Part shown: positions 8,798-18,000 of the stretch, piece after piece
Numbering within the stretch: position 1 is the first letter of the stretch
How the letters are laid out: every line of letters starts with the position of its first letter
Source of the DNA: a virus
Lineage: Duplodnaviria > Caudoviricetes
Reading direction: 5' to 3' (one strand)
Virus record (IMG/VR): IMGVR_UViG_3300023218_000274
Location: 1 to 28,688 of that record
DNA: 28,688 nucleotides
Notes under the pieces: model-generated
Seen by the model: only the letters and a program-made list of their open reading frames with translations
What the model was told of the DNA's origin: nothing
Databases searched by the model: none
Made by a program: the position numbers and the translations under genes

Positions 8798-8811
8798 CTA
8801 CGCCGCCTCCC

Positions 8812-9399
8812 TCATGCGAGCGCCTCTCGTGTGAAGACGGCCCGTCGTCGCGTCCGCAGTCGGAACGGCGTAATCGGCTCGCCCCAGTAGATGCGAACGC
8901 GAAGGCTGTCGATGAAGAGCGTGTTGCCCTGGATGTTGAAGCTGCTCGTCTGCCCCGAGAACTGGAAACCGAAGCCCGTGCTCGTGATGTCCGCGGGCGA
9001 GAGGTTCATCCGATCGTCCGGCCCGCCCTTGAGGCAGGTCTTCACCGCGGGGCTGACCTGGAACGTGCATGAGCCGAGGCTCTTGCGCACGGTCGAGCCG
9101 ACCACCGCCTCGACGGGGACCGAGCGGATGCCGTCCGTCGCGCCCTCCCATCGCCCGCGCAGCTCCATCTCGACGCCCAGCAGCCGGAACTGCGGCGGGA
9201 GCTGCCCGGCGAGGTTGGGGTTGCTGACGCGCAGCAGGTTCGTCTGGAAGAAGGGGCCGAGCGGCCCGATGGGGCCGCTGGACGCCTGCCCGCCGCCCGG
9301 CGCCAGCGCGCTGAGCTCGTTCGACCACGGCGCACCGCCGAAGACGGCCTGCTCCTCGGTCGCGCTCTGGAACTGGAGCCAAGGCGTGACGTTCACCAT
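8812..9399 (-). CDS. Hypothetical beta-rich protein (195 aa), possible head decoration/fibre
   Basis: GGAGG SD; directly downstream of capsid gene; strand-like segments FRLLGVEMELRG, GFGFQF, SLRVRIYW. Confidence 0.6.
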   Translation of the reverse strand: MVNVTPWLQFQSATEEQAVFGGAPWSNELSALAPGGGQASSGPIGPLGPFFQTNLLRVSNPNLAGQLPPQFRLLGVEMELRGRWEGATDGIRSVPVEAVVGSTVRKSLGSCTFQVSPAVKTCLKGGPDDRMNLSPADITSTGFGFQFSGQTSSFNIQGNTLFIDSLRVRIYWGEPITPFRLRTRRRAVFTREALA

Positions 9400-9429
9400 A
9401 GGTGGGTGCCTCCCGGCGGTGGGGGGTCA

Positions 9430-11568
9430 TCACGCCTCGCCCTTGGCCTTGACGGCCGCTCGGGTGTCCTGCATCGACACGCCGAAGTCGAAGAAGCCGC
9501 GCCACTGGACGCCGAGCGTGTTGAAGTTGGTGTCCCCGCTCTCGATGGTGGGCACGCGCCGGCCGCGGAGGTACGCGATCTCGATCGCCGCCACGTCCTG
9601 CGGGTTGGCGAAGAGGTACCACGCCAGGGCGCTCGAGCCCGCGATCCCCTGCGCGTTGAGATAGGGCGTCGCCACCGGCGTGAACTTGCCCGCGTGCGGG
9701 TTGTTGGCGGGCTTGGCGCTGGTGGGCAGCTCGTTGACGCGCGTCTCGGTCATCAGTTGCTGCGCACGCACCTTGAGCGAGGTGGGCACGAGCAGCACGC
9801 TGGCCGAGAGCAGGATCGGCTTGCCCTCCGAGTCCGTCTGGTCGAGGAACGCCTGCTCGGCCTGCGTGAGCGCGTCGATCGAGAGCGCGGTGCTCGCGCC
9901 GGAGAGGAAGTTGCTGTTGCCGGCGCTGAAGAAGGAGCCGGGGTTGCTCAGCAGCAGCTCGAAGAGCGCCTCCTCGCGCTTGAGCGCGCTCATGCGGCCG
10001 ATGATCCGGGGGATCTGGAGGAACGCCCCGAGGTCGTCGTTGATCAGCATCTGCCGCGTGAGCGTGATCATGCGGCCGTACGTCTCGACCTTGCTGGAGA
10101 AGGACTCCTCGGAGAGTTCGGCGCTCTTGAGCTCGCCGTCGGGGCCGACCTTCTCGAAGACGCCCACGCCCGTGAGGCGGTAGCGGGTGACCTCCTTGAA
10201 GTCGTTCACGTCCGTCTCCGCGGCGATCATCGACGCCACGCTGGGCACGGCCTGGTACGCCGCCAGCATCGTTTTGTTGGCGACGTTGGAGAGGATGCCG
10301 GTCAGCGAGATCGTGCTGAAGCCCGCGCCCCCGGATGCTTCGACGAGGCGCTTGTCGGCGGCGAACGCGGCGCGGATGGTCTCGTTGTCCACGCGACCGG
10401 GCCGCGCGTACCCACCCGAGGCCCGGATGACCTCGTAGAGCAGCGTGTGGATGCCCGCCCCCGCGAGGTCGCGCGACAGGGCCGCGTTCATCGTGCGCTC
10501 GTCGAACTGCTCTCCGACTGTCTTCTCGGGCAGCCCCGCCGAGAGGCACAGCGCCGCCTCGAGGGCTTTCGCGCTCGTCGCATCACCGCCGGTCCGAACG
10601 GCGCTGACCTGCGGCCGGTCGGCGCGGAGGATCTCCAGCTCGGTGCGGGCCACGTCCCAGCCCTCGCCGATGGCCTTGGCCTCGACCTCGGCGTGCTTGC
10701 CGCCCCCGGAAGCGCACAGGCGTCGAATCTCGGCGATGCGCTTCGTCTCGGCCGCGGCCTCGGCGCGCAGGTCGGAGACGACGCCGTTGGCATTGATGCG
10801 TCCGGCGACGGCCGGCGCATCTCCATCATCCTCGCCGCCCCCATCGTCATCCGCCGTCGCGGTCGCTGTCGCAGAAGCCTGCTTCTGCTCCGCGTCGTAC
10901 ATCGCCTTGAGGCTCGTCCGCTGGGCGTCGCTGAGCGCCTCCGCGTCGTCGAAGCCCTTCTCCGTCAGCCACGCCTGGAAGTCCATCTCTTCGTTCTCCT
11001 TGTTGTTGCGTGCCGCCACCTTCGCGCTCGTGTCGTCGTCGGCGCCGAGCGCCACGAAGGACACCTCGCCGAGACGGGAGCGCCGGACCACCTGGACGGG
11101 GCCGTCGAACGTGCGCCCGTTCGCCTGCGCGCTGCGTCCCTTGGGGACGGTCTCGATCTGCTCGGCGCTCGCGCCGAGCGAGGCCTGCCACGGGAAGCCC
11201 GCGACGCTGCTCTCGACGATCTCGCTCGCCACCGCCCCGGCGCCGCTGACGACGCCCGAGACGAGCAGCTGCGATCCCTCGACGCGCACCGACTCGGTGT
11301 GACCGACGATGAGCGAGGGGTTGTGGTCCTTGAGGATCGGCCGGCTCTTGGCGCTGACCTGCATGCCTGCGAGGTCCACGACCACCGGGTGCGGCCAGCC
11401 GCCGAGGCGCATCGCCCCGCCGGTGTAGGCGACCATGCCGAAGTTCCGGGGGCGTCGCGGCGAGGGCGCGCCGTCCTTAGCGTCGTCCCCCTGCGCCGCG
11501 ACGAGCTCGCCGACTGGTGCGCACAGCCGCAGCGAGCGCGCGGGATCACTCTTCGCCGTCTTCGGCAT
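9430..11568 (-). CDS. Prohead protease-scaffold-major capsid fusion protein (712 aa)
   Basis: N-terminal protease-like region (AYTGG, PILKDH, VGHT, WQASLG, EVSFVALGAD), acidic Ala-rich linker, and C-terminal capsid domain (VNDFK, TYGRMITLTRQMLINDDLGAF, FFDFGV). Confidence 0.9.
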   Translation of the reverse strand: MPKTAKSDPARSLRLCAPVGELVAAQGDDAKDGAPSPRRPRNFGMVAYTGGAMRLGGWPHPVVVDLAGMQVSAKSRPILKDHNPSLIVGHTESVRVEGSQLLVSGVVSGAGAVASEIVESSVAGFPWQASLGASAEQIETVPKGRSAQANGRTFDGPVQVVRRSRLGEVSFVALGADDDTSAKVAARNNKENEEMDFQAWLTEKGFDDAEALSDAQRTSLKAMYDAEQKQASATATATADDDGGGEDDGDAPAVAGRINANGVVSDLRAEAAAETKRIAEIRRLCASGGGKHAEVEAKAIGEGWDVARTELEILRADRPQVSAVRTGGDATSAKALEAALCLSAGLPEKTVGEQFDERTMNAALSRDLAGAGIHTLLYEVIRASGGYARPGRVDNETIRAAFAADKRLVEASGGAGFSTISLTGILSNVANKTMLAAYQAVPSVASMIAAETDVNDFKEVTRYRLTGVGVFEKVGPDGELKSAELSEESFSSKVETYGRMITLTRQMLINDDLGAFLQIPRIIGRMSALKREEALFELLLSNPGSFFSAGNSNFLSGASTALSIDALTQAEQAFLDQTDSEGKPILLSASVLLVPTSLKVRAQQLMTETRVNELPTSAKPANNPHAGKFTPVATPYLNAQGIAGSSALAWYLFANPQDVAAIEIAYLRGRRVPTIESGDTNFNTLGVQWRGFFDFGVSMQDTRAAVKAKGEA

Positions 11569-13042
11569 CCCTGCCTCCAGTTCGATTGAGTGCCCCCGGA
11601 CCCGGAACCGCTTCCTCGACCGTCAGGCCGAGTTCCGCCATCAGCGTCCGTTCCTTGGCGCGCTGGCGCAGCTCGGCCTCCCAGTCGCGCCCCTGCCGGG
11701 CGTACTCGTATGCCAGCGTGGTTGTGTGACTCGTGAGACGTGTCGCCTGTGCGCTCGCCTCCTTGAGCGGATCGACCTCGCTCTGGCCGTCCCAAAACCA
11801 CTGGTGGGCCGGGAGGTCGCCCGACGCGACAAGCGTGCGCACGCGCAGCGGCAGCAGATTGGAGATCAGCACCGCCTCACGCAGGAACGCCGCCAGCAGC
11901 CGGTCGAGCACGATGCGCCCGAGGTGCTCCTGCTCGACGCGGATCGACTTGAAGTAGACCTGGTGGTCGAGCTTGCCGGACGCGAAGTTGTAGCCGGAGG
12001 AGTTCCCCGCCGCGACATTGAACGGCATGTTCAGGCAGCGGGCGATCTCGTTGAGGATCTCCCGCTTGAACTCGGCGTAGGTGGTGCTGGGCTGCTCGGC
12101 CCGCATCTGCTCCATCCGCCAGCCGCCGGGCATCGTCAGCAGCGCCCGCGCCTCAAGTTCGATGGCGTCCATCGGCTCGACGGCCTCGGCCTCGCCGCTC
12201 GCGGGCGCGTCGGTGTAGAGGATGCCCGCGAAGTCCGCGGCCGTCTCGGCAGCCCCCAGCACCGCGAGCGTGTAGCGACGCAGCTGCGCGAACAATGGTA
12301 GAGCGGGCGTGATGTCGGGGATGCCGCGGCTCTGCCCGGGCCGATCGGCGCGGAAGTAGTGCACAACAGAATCCGCCGGCACACGGTCGAAGTCGCCGCC
12401 GAACGCGAAACGCGCGCCGGCGCTCGTGTCGCCGGGATGGACCTTCAGGACGTGGTATTCGACCGGGTTGCCGAAGGAGTCGAAGACGATCCCGTCCACA
12501 GCGTCGTCGCTGAGCAGATCGATCGTCGGCGTCGCGACCTGGTCCGCCTCGACAAGGCGCAGGTCGAGCGACACCGGAGCGTCGAGCCGGGGGTTGCTCG
12601 CCAGAACGCCGAAGACCTCGCCGCTCTCGGCGCGGCCCATCCGCACCGTGCGCAGCTTCTCAGGCAGACTGATCGCCTTGCACCACCGTGCGAAGACCTC
12701 CTCGATGACGGCGTTCGCCTCCGCGTCGTCGGTCAGCATCTGGAGCCGAGGCCCCGTGCCGATGACGTCGTTGGCGAGGGTGAGCACGATGCCGCGGGCG
12801 TAGGCGTTGTTGGCGACCTCGTACCGTGCTCGTGCGCGCAGAATGCGCCGGACTTCGGGCGACGCGGCCGCGTCGGCGGACAGCGAGTCAGCCATCGACC
12901 AGTGCCGCCGGTTGGCGTCGTTGGTTGTGGCGGCGTCGAACCGGGCCCGCACCGCCGGGACCATCCTGCGGATCAGCCCGCCCTTGGCCGCGGCGATCCG
13001 GCGTGGCTCGCTCGTGTTGCTGCGCGGGAAGAAGAACCCCAT
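11546..13042 (-). CDS. Phage portal protein, lambda family (498 aa)
   Basis: LRARARYEVANNAYA, VIGTGPRLQ, RPGQSRGIP, GNSSGYNFASG and VDPLKE motifs. Start reassigned to ATG 13042 (TGATG overlap). Confidence 0.92.
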   Translation of the reverse strand: MGFFFPRSNTSEPRRIAAAKGGLIRRMVPAVRARFDAATTNDANRRHWSMADSLSADAAASPEVRRILRARARYEVANNAYARGIVLTLANDVIGTGPRLQMLTDDAEANAVIEEVFARWCKAISLPEKLRTVRMGRAESGEVFGVLASNPRLDAPVSLDLRLVEADQVATPTIDLLSDDAVDGIVFDSFGNPVEYHVLKVHPGDTSAGARFAFGGDFDRVPADSVVHYFRADRPGQSRGIPDITPALPLFAQLRRYTLAVLGAAETAADFAGILYTDAPASGEAEAVEPMDAIELEARALLTMPGGWRMEQMRAEQPSTTYAEFKREILNEIARCLNMPFNVAAGNSSGYNFASGKLDHQVYFKSIRVEQEHLGRIVLDRLLAAFLREAVLISNLLPLRVRTLVASGDLPAHQWFWDGQSEVDPLKEASAQATRLTSHTTTLAYEYARQGRDWEAELRQRAKERTLMAELGLTVEEAVPGPGALNRTGGRDAEDGEE

Positions 13043-13260
13043 CAGGCCATCTCCCCCGCCCCCGGCGGCGCGATGCGGCTCATCCGAATGCCTCGGTCGG
13101 CGCGCTTCGCCGCCTCCTTGGAGGCGAGGTAGCGGTCGGCCTCCATCTGGTCTTTGAGCGGGTGCTGCTCGACGGACCCCGAGTCGCCCTGGGCGCGCTT
13201 CGGCCCCGCGGCGTTCTCGGCGATGGACTGGTCGAGATTGGTCGGTGAGGGCTCTCCCAT
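13042..13260 (-). CDS. Small head-completion protein (gpW positional analogue), 72 aa
   Basis: GPKRAQGDSGSVEQHPLKDQMEADRYL; immediately upstream of and coupled to the portal gene. Confidence 0.6.
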   Translation of the reverse strand: MGEPSPTNLDQSIAENAAGPKRAQGDSGSVEQHPLKDQMEADRYLASKEAAKRADRGIRMSRIAPPGAGEMA

Positions 13261-13385
13261 CGCCCTTACACATCCCCCGATGGGGACGAACTGTCGCACG
13301 CGTCTTCCCATTTCGAGCGCGAGCGCGCTCGATCAGGGAGCGTCAACGCGGGGGACGGCGCGAGGTGGTTGAAATTCCAGCGGCG

Positions 13386-14309
13386 TCAGGGCGCCGTCGA
13401 GCGCCACGGTCCGGGCGGCTCCCAGGTCGAGTCGAACGCCTCCTGGCGCGCGATCGCCCGGATCGGCGGGCCGAGAAAGTCCGCGACAGCGGCGCCGACC
13501 TCCGCGAACGTCACCGGCGCATCCGTCTTGCCGAGCCGGCGAACGAACGCGCTCCATTGGGCGGCGTTCTGCGGATCGGCGAGCGCCTGATCGCTCAGCG
13601 CAACCGGGTCGGGCACGATGGTGGTATTCCGCTGACGGCAGGTGGCGATGATGGCTTCGCAGAGCATCGGACCCTTGAATGGTCGCGACCGCGAGAGGGA
13701 CCAGATGTCGAAGTAGTCTTTCATGCGGCTGTTGAGAAGGCCGCGATGGAGCATGACGTGGAGCTTCTCCGCAATCGTGGTCTCGGGCGGGTAACCGCGG
13801 AGACGGGGCATAGGCATGCCGAGCACGGACGGGTACTCGATCTCCTCGGGCGCGGGCGTGATGGGATCGCCGAAGCCGACATCGACCTGCATCCGCAGCC
13901 GGGCGTTGCCGAGATGAGCGTCGAACGTGACGCGCACGCCCTCGTACTCCGCGTCGTCCGCGATGCGCTCCCCGCGGACGGTGGAGGCGTCGAAGACGAG
14001 CCCGTCGTCATCAACGGCGACCTCGCAGACCTCGCGCACCGTCCTGGCGATCGCTTCCACGTCGTTGGCTGTGCGGCCGAGGAGATCGATGTCGCGCGTC
14101 GGGCGGATCGCCGAGATTCGCCACACGCGTAGCAGCAGCGCGCCCTTCAGCACGAAGGCGTCCGCGTGTGGCGAGACCGACAGCCGGTAAAGGAACCGCT
14201 CGAGCGCGTAGTGCTGGAGCAGGTCATTGAATCGCTGCCCGGAGGCCGCGGCCGCGTTCTTGAGCCGCTGGTGGACCGACGCCGCCATGTTCTTCGGCTC
14301 GCGTGTCAC
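13386..14309 (-). CDS. abiEii: Type IV TA toxin, AbiEii/AbiGii-family nucleotidyltransferase (307 aa)
   Basis: YALERFLYRLS, FVLKGALLL, RPTRDIDLL, QVDVGFGD, AEKLH and SRMKDYFD motifs; GTGA overlap with the antitoxin. Confidence 0.92.
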   Translation of the reverse strand: MTREPKNMAASVHQRLKNAAAASGQRFNDLLQHYALERFLYRLSVSPHADAFVLKGALLLRVWRISAIRPTRDIDLLGRTANDVEAIARTVREVCEVAVDDDGLVFDASTVRGERIADDAEYEGVRVTFDAHLGNARLRMQVDVGFGDPITPAPEEIEYPSVLGMPMPRLRGYPPETTIAEKLHVMLHRGLLNSRMKDYFDIWSLSRSRPFKGPMLCEAIIATCRQRNTTIVPDPVALSDQALADPQNAAQWSAFVRRLGKTDAPVTFAEVGAAVADFLGPPIRAIARQEAFDSTWEPPGPWRSTAP

Positions 14310-14920
14310 AGCACGGCCTCGAGGTACGGACGCATGACCTTGCTCACCCGATCGATCTCCGCGTACCGCATGATGGCCTGAATGTCCGTCCGACGCTCTC
14401 GCCGGTACATCCGCAGGGCCTCGACGGCGACGTCGAGGCCGATCTTGTTGCGGAACTTGAAGCAGTCCGCCAGCGTCTTCTCGGGGCTGTAAACGCGAAT
14501 CGTCACGCCGTCCCGCTCATGCTCCTGGACGCCCTCGGTGAGGGCGTCGCCGCTGAAGCGGTAGACCCTGATCGGGGGATGGTCGATCACCGGCGCCCAC
14601 TTTCCCGGCGGCAGCGCGATGTCCACCGCGTGCGGGATCTGGGTGGTGATGCCGTGCAGAGCGAGCGCCGAGATCAGGCACACGACCCCCTCCGGCGCCC
14701 GGGCGGCGACGGCGAAGAGGTCAGGATCGGCGAGCGGCTCCTCGTCGGCCAGCCGATAGACGCCCCGGGAGACGCGTTCGAGCAGCCCCTGATCGCGCAT
14801 GGCGTAGAGTGTCCGGGGGTGGATGCCCCGGGCGAGGGCTTCCCGCGTCCGCATGACGCCCCCGTGGCGTTGGAACACGCTTCGGGCTCGCTCGACCGTC
14901 TTTTCCGGGACCTTGCTCAT
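14306..14920 (-). CDS. abiEi: Type IV TA antitoxin AbiEi (N-terminal winged HTH), 204 aa
   Basis: GLLERVSRGVYRL, VCLISALALHGITTQIP and VYSPEKTLADCFKFRNKIGLDVAVEAL are characteristic of AbiEi. Confidence 0.92.
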   Translation of the reverse strand: MSKVPEKTVERARSVFQRHGGVMRTREALARGIHPRTLYAMRDQGLLERVSRGVYRLADEEPLADPDLFAVAARAPEGVVCLISALALHGITTQIPHAVDIALPPGKWAPVIDHPPIRVYRFSGDALTEGVQEHERDGVTIRVYSPEKTLADCFKFRNKIGLDVAVEALRMYRRERRTDIQAIMRYAEIDRVSKVMRPYLEAVL

Positions 14921-14929
14921 GGCGCCTCA

Positions 14930-14977
14930 TGGATAAATACCGCATGGGTTATCGACAAGTATAGCGGTTTCTATCCA
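14930..14977. promoter_or_regulatory. abiE promoter/operator: 48-bp imperfect palindrome containing a -10 box
   Basis: TGGATAAATACCGC (14930-14943) and GCGGTTTCTATCCA (14964-14977) are inverted with 12/14 identity, symmetric about TCGA at 14952-14955. TATACT lies on the minus strand at 14958-14963. AT-rich patch in GC-rich DNA. Confidence 0.75.
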
Positions 14978-17283
14978 GTCGAAGGGGATGTGGACCGGCC
15001 CTTCCGCATCTCCGACAGCCGCACCCGCCGCCGAGGCGGTGCCTTCACATCCGTCCCGAAGAGCACCGCTCCCTCCATCGACGCCGCGACCGCCGCCCCG
15101 ACGAGGCAGTCGAGCCAGTGGTTGTCCAGCCCGTCGACCCGCAGCTTCCACTCGTCCACCGTCCGCCCGCGCCCTTCCGTCTTCACCCGGTACTCGCTCG
15201 TCAGGTGCTCGGCGATGAGGCGGTGCCGATCCGGCTTGCGGCCGAACAGCGACAGGCACCCGGGGTCGCCCATCGGGACGGCCAAGCGGGCGTGGACGAA
15301 GCTCTTCCAGTAGTTCGTGTCGAACACGACGTGCCGAACCGCCCGCTTGCCCGCGACGACGGGGATGCGCCAGTTGAGGCCGATGCGCTCGCCGCGCTTG
15401 CGCTTGTAATCGCTGAAGGGGATGCTCGATGCCCCGACATACCGCCCGTGGCTGGGCATAAGCGATCCAGCATGCGATGACTGGCGGCAGAACTGGTACA
15501 CCACGTCCGTGCTCGCGCCCCAGTTGGCGTCGATGAGGCAGCGGTCGATTCGCACCATCGCTCCGTCGTCGCGCCGCCACTCGCGGGCCAGGTGGGTCTC
15601 GGCCAGCCGCTCGAGCCCCGCGTAGATCGCGCCCTCCTGCCCGGCGCGGGGCGCCGCGTGCGCGAGCGTCCGCTTGATCTCGCGCAGAGTGAAGTAGGTT
15701 CCGGGGGCCGCCTTCTGGTCCGGCTCGACGCCGTAGTCGACGACATACCCCGTGAAGTCGTCCTCCCACGCGGCCACCAGCCAGAAGAGCGCCTTGCCCT
15801 GCACGTCGATGAACATCGTCAGCCGCGTGCAGCCGATCGGGACCTCCCCCCGCGCGTGCCCGCTCACCTTCGCGGCGATCTGTTCGGCGCTGAGCAGGTC
15901 GTCCTCGGCCTTCTCCTCGGGCAGCGGCTCGTTCTGGTACTCGGCGAAGAAGGCGTGCTCGTCCTGGAGCCGCAGGTTCATCGCGTGCTGGATCGCCGAG
16001 AGCTCGTCGTGATTGAACCGCGACGCCCACGCGACCGCCGCACCCTCGTCCATCGCCTTGCGGTTCTTCTTGTAGAACGCCGTGGCGTCCCTGATCCCAC
16101 GATCAGCGCGCAGGCCCTCCGCGCGCAGCTCGGCGTACTTCGACCACAGCGCCTCGTCGGTCGGGAACGAGTACACCATCTTCGTCCGCTCGCCCTGCCA
16201 CGCCGGGTGCTTGTCGCGGTCGAGGAGGCGGTCGGCCAGGTCGTCGGGGCGCACGACGGTGACCGTCATCAGCCCCGCGATCTTCTGCCCCGGCCCCGAC
16301 AGCCCGAGGATGGCCCCGGCGAGGACGCGCTCTCGGTTGGCGCACTGCGAGGGCGAGCGCGCCGACTCGTCCGTCTGCGGGTCATCGATCAGCACCAGCG
16401 ACGGCCGCACGCTCGACCCGTCCGCCCGCTTGTGCTTCATGCCGCGGATGCGGCCTGTGATCCCCGCGACCCGGATGATGGCGCCGGACGCCTCCGATCC
16501 CGCGCACGTCGGCAGCACGATCTCCTTCGCCGTCCAGCCGATGAGCGTCGGCGTGCCGTCGAGCAGTTGGCCCGCCGCCCGCTGGTGGATGCCCTCGAGC
16601 GAGCGGATCGGGTGGCATACCTCGGGGAAGTCCTCCGCGAGGACATCGCTGTTCTCCAGCTCCGCCTTGATCGAGTCCAGCATCTGTGCCGCGTGGTCCT
16701 CGTCGGATCCGATGAGCGCGACGAACTCGCGGTGGCCGTAGAGCATGGCCCAGAGACACGCCGTCTCGCACAGCGAGGTCTTCCCGCTCCCACGCGGCAT
16801 CGCCATCGCGAAGAGCCCGCCCTCGAGCACCGCCCGCTCGATCTTGGCGATCACCTTCAGGTGATCTTCGGACCACGCCAGATGGAAGGTCGACGGGAAG
16901 TACCGTTCGCAGAAGGAGCGGAAGTCGCGCGCGCACGACGCCTTGCGATCGGAGTCGACTACGTCCGGCAGCGGGCCGATGTCGCGACCCGAGAGCGACA
17001 GCGCCCGCGCCTCGCGCGCCTTGCGGTCGCGGTAGGCGTCGTAGCCGCCGGCGCCATCTCCCTGCTCCTCGGCGCGCTGGAGCGCTTCGTGCCGCGTCGT
17101 CGCCAGCCACGCCGTGTAGCGGAACAGATCGACGCGGTTCGGATCGTCCGGCGGCGAGATGCGGAACCCAGCGCGCGTGCGATGCCGGTGCAGTTGCCGC
17201 TCGTTGATCACCTCGCCCAGCGGGGTCGAGTTGAGCAGTCGGCACAGCTCGCCGGGCCGGAGTTGGCGGGGATCAATCGCCAC
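14971..17283 (-). CDS. terL: Terminase large subunit (GpA-like), 770 aa, with N-terminal HTH-like extension
   Basis: Walker A AMPRGSGKT, Walker B LVLIDD, nuclease motifs FIDVQ and DNHWLDC. Start reassigned to GTG 17283 with GGAGG SD. Confidence 0.9.
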   Translation of the reverse strand: MAIDPRQLRPGELCRLLNSTPLGEVINERQLHRHRTRAGFRISPPDDPNRVDLFRYTAWLATTRHEALQRAEEQGDGAGGYDAYRDRKAREARALSLSGRDIGPLPDVVDSDRKASCARDFRSFCERYFPSTFHLAWSEDHLKVIAKIERAVLEGGLFAMAMPRGSGKTSLCETACLWAMLYGHREFVALIGSDEDHAAQMLDSIKAELENSDVLAEDFPEVCHPIRSLEGIHQRAAGQLLDGTPTLIGWTAKEIVLPTCAGSEASGAIIRVAGITGRIRGMKHKRADGSSVRPSLVLIDDPQTDESARSPSQCANRERVLAGAILGLSGPGQKIAGLMTVTVVRPDDLADRLLDRDKHPAWQGERTKMVYSFPTDEALWSKYAELRAEGLRADRGIRDATAFYKKNRKAMDEGAAVAWASRFNHDELSAIQHAMNLRLQDEHAFFAEYQNEPLPEEKAEDDLLSAEQIAAKVSGHARGEVPIGCTRLTMFIDVQGKALFWLVAAWEDDFTGYVVDYGVEPDQKAAPGTYFTLREIKRTLAHAAPRAGQEGAIYAGLERLAETHLAREWRRDDGAMVRIDRCLIDANWGASTDVVYQFCRQSSHAGSLMPSHGRYVGASSIPFSDYKRKRGERIGLNWRIPVVAGKRAVRHVVFDTNYWKSFVHARLAVPMGDPGCLSLFGRKPDRHRLIAEHLTSEYRVKTEGRGRTVDEWKLRVDGLDNHWLDCLVGAAVAASMEGAVLFGTDVKAPPRRRVRLSEMRKGRSTSPSTG

Positions 17284-17512
17284 CCGTTCCTCCCGTCCTG
17301 TCCGACGCCATCTCGCGCACCAACCACGCCGCGTAGTGCACGAGGTTGACCGTCCCGTCCGCGTTCGTCGGCGCACCCGCCTCGATGTCCGCGCGGAGCA
17401 TCTCCTCGGTGACGGGAAAACCACCTGCGCGCGAGAGCACGCGGGCCGCGTCCGCCACCGGCAGGGCCGCGGGGTTCAGCCGCCCCTGTTTGACAGGTCC
17501 GCCCGTGTTCAC
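17273..17512 (-). CDS. Small HTH-like protein, putative terminase small subunit (79 aa)
   Basis: GTG start at 17512 with GGAGGG SD; overlaps the terL start; helical motif ending VNLVHYAAWL. Confidence 0.6.
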   Translation of the reverse strand: MNTGGPVKQGRLNPAALPVADAARVLSRAGGFPVTEEMLRADIEAGAPTNADGTVNLVHYAAWLVREMASDRTGGTGGD

Positions 17513-17682
17513 GCCGCCCTCCGCGCCCGGGCCGCAGCTTTGCCCACATGTCGCCCACTTCGGCGGAGATTCTCCGAAGGGCGGGCGGATTCGCCTTGAT
17601 GTCTCGCCCGGCTCTTGCCCTTGTGTGTCCAGCGCCGGGCCCCCCGGAAGAACAGCCGCCTCGGCGCGCAGGAGACACACGC

Positions 17683-17934
17683 ATGTTCATCAAACAGATC
17701 GTGATCGAAGGGGTCGAGGGCGACGTCGAGATCATTCGCGTCGATGGCGGCGCGCTCGTGATCGCCAACGACGTTGAGCGGTTCGTCTCCAGCGCCGCGG
17801 ACGACCGCGAGCGCTGGGACGTCGCATGGAACGCCGCGAAGGTCCTCTGCGGCATGCGCAACGAGCTGCCGAATGCCACCAACTCGATGGTCCACGACAT
17901 CCAGCGCGAGATCGAGCGCGTCGCGGGCTGCTGA
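17683..17934 (+). CDS. Hypothetical protein (83 aa)
   Basis: ATG 17683 after AGGAG SD; MFIKQIVIEGVEGDVEI...; GC3-rich codons. Confidence 0.7.
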   Translation: MFIKQIVIEGVEGDVEIIRVDGGALVIANDVERFVSSAADDRERWDVAWNAAKVLCGMRNELPNATNSMVHDIQREIERVAGC

Positions 17935-18000
17935 TCGTTTCACCCGCGTCCGCGCGTCGCGGGCGCGTTCATCCACACCGCTTCTGGAAGGAGCAACGAC

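Noticed and set aside
13330-15000. abiE cassette as an IS or transposon with terminal repeats
   Set aside because: No transposase, and I found no flanking direct or terminal inverted repeats.
11546-17424. ORF-track starts for portal (13273) and TerL (17424)
   Set aside because: The upstream extensions overlap other real genes; internal starts at 13042 and 17283 have a coupling overlap or an SD.
17513-17682. Divergent sigma70 promoters between the terS-like gene and the plus-strand island
   Set aside because: TTGATG is present but has no convincing -10 at proper spacing; promoters are likely here but cannot be placed from sequence.
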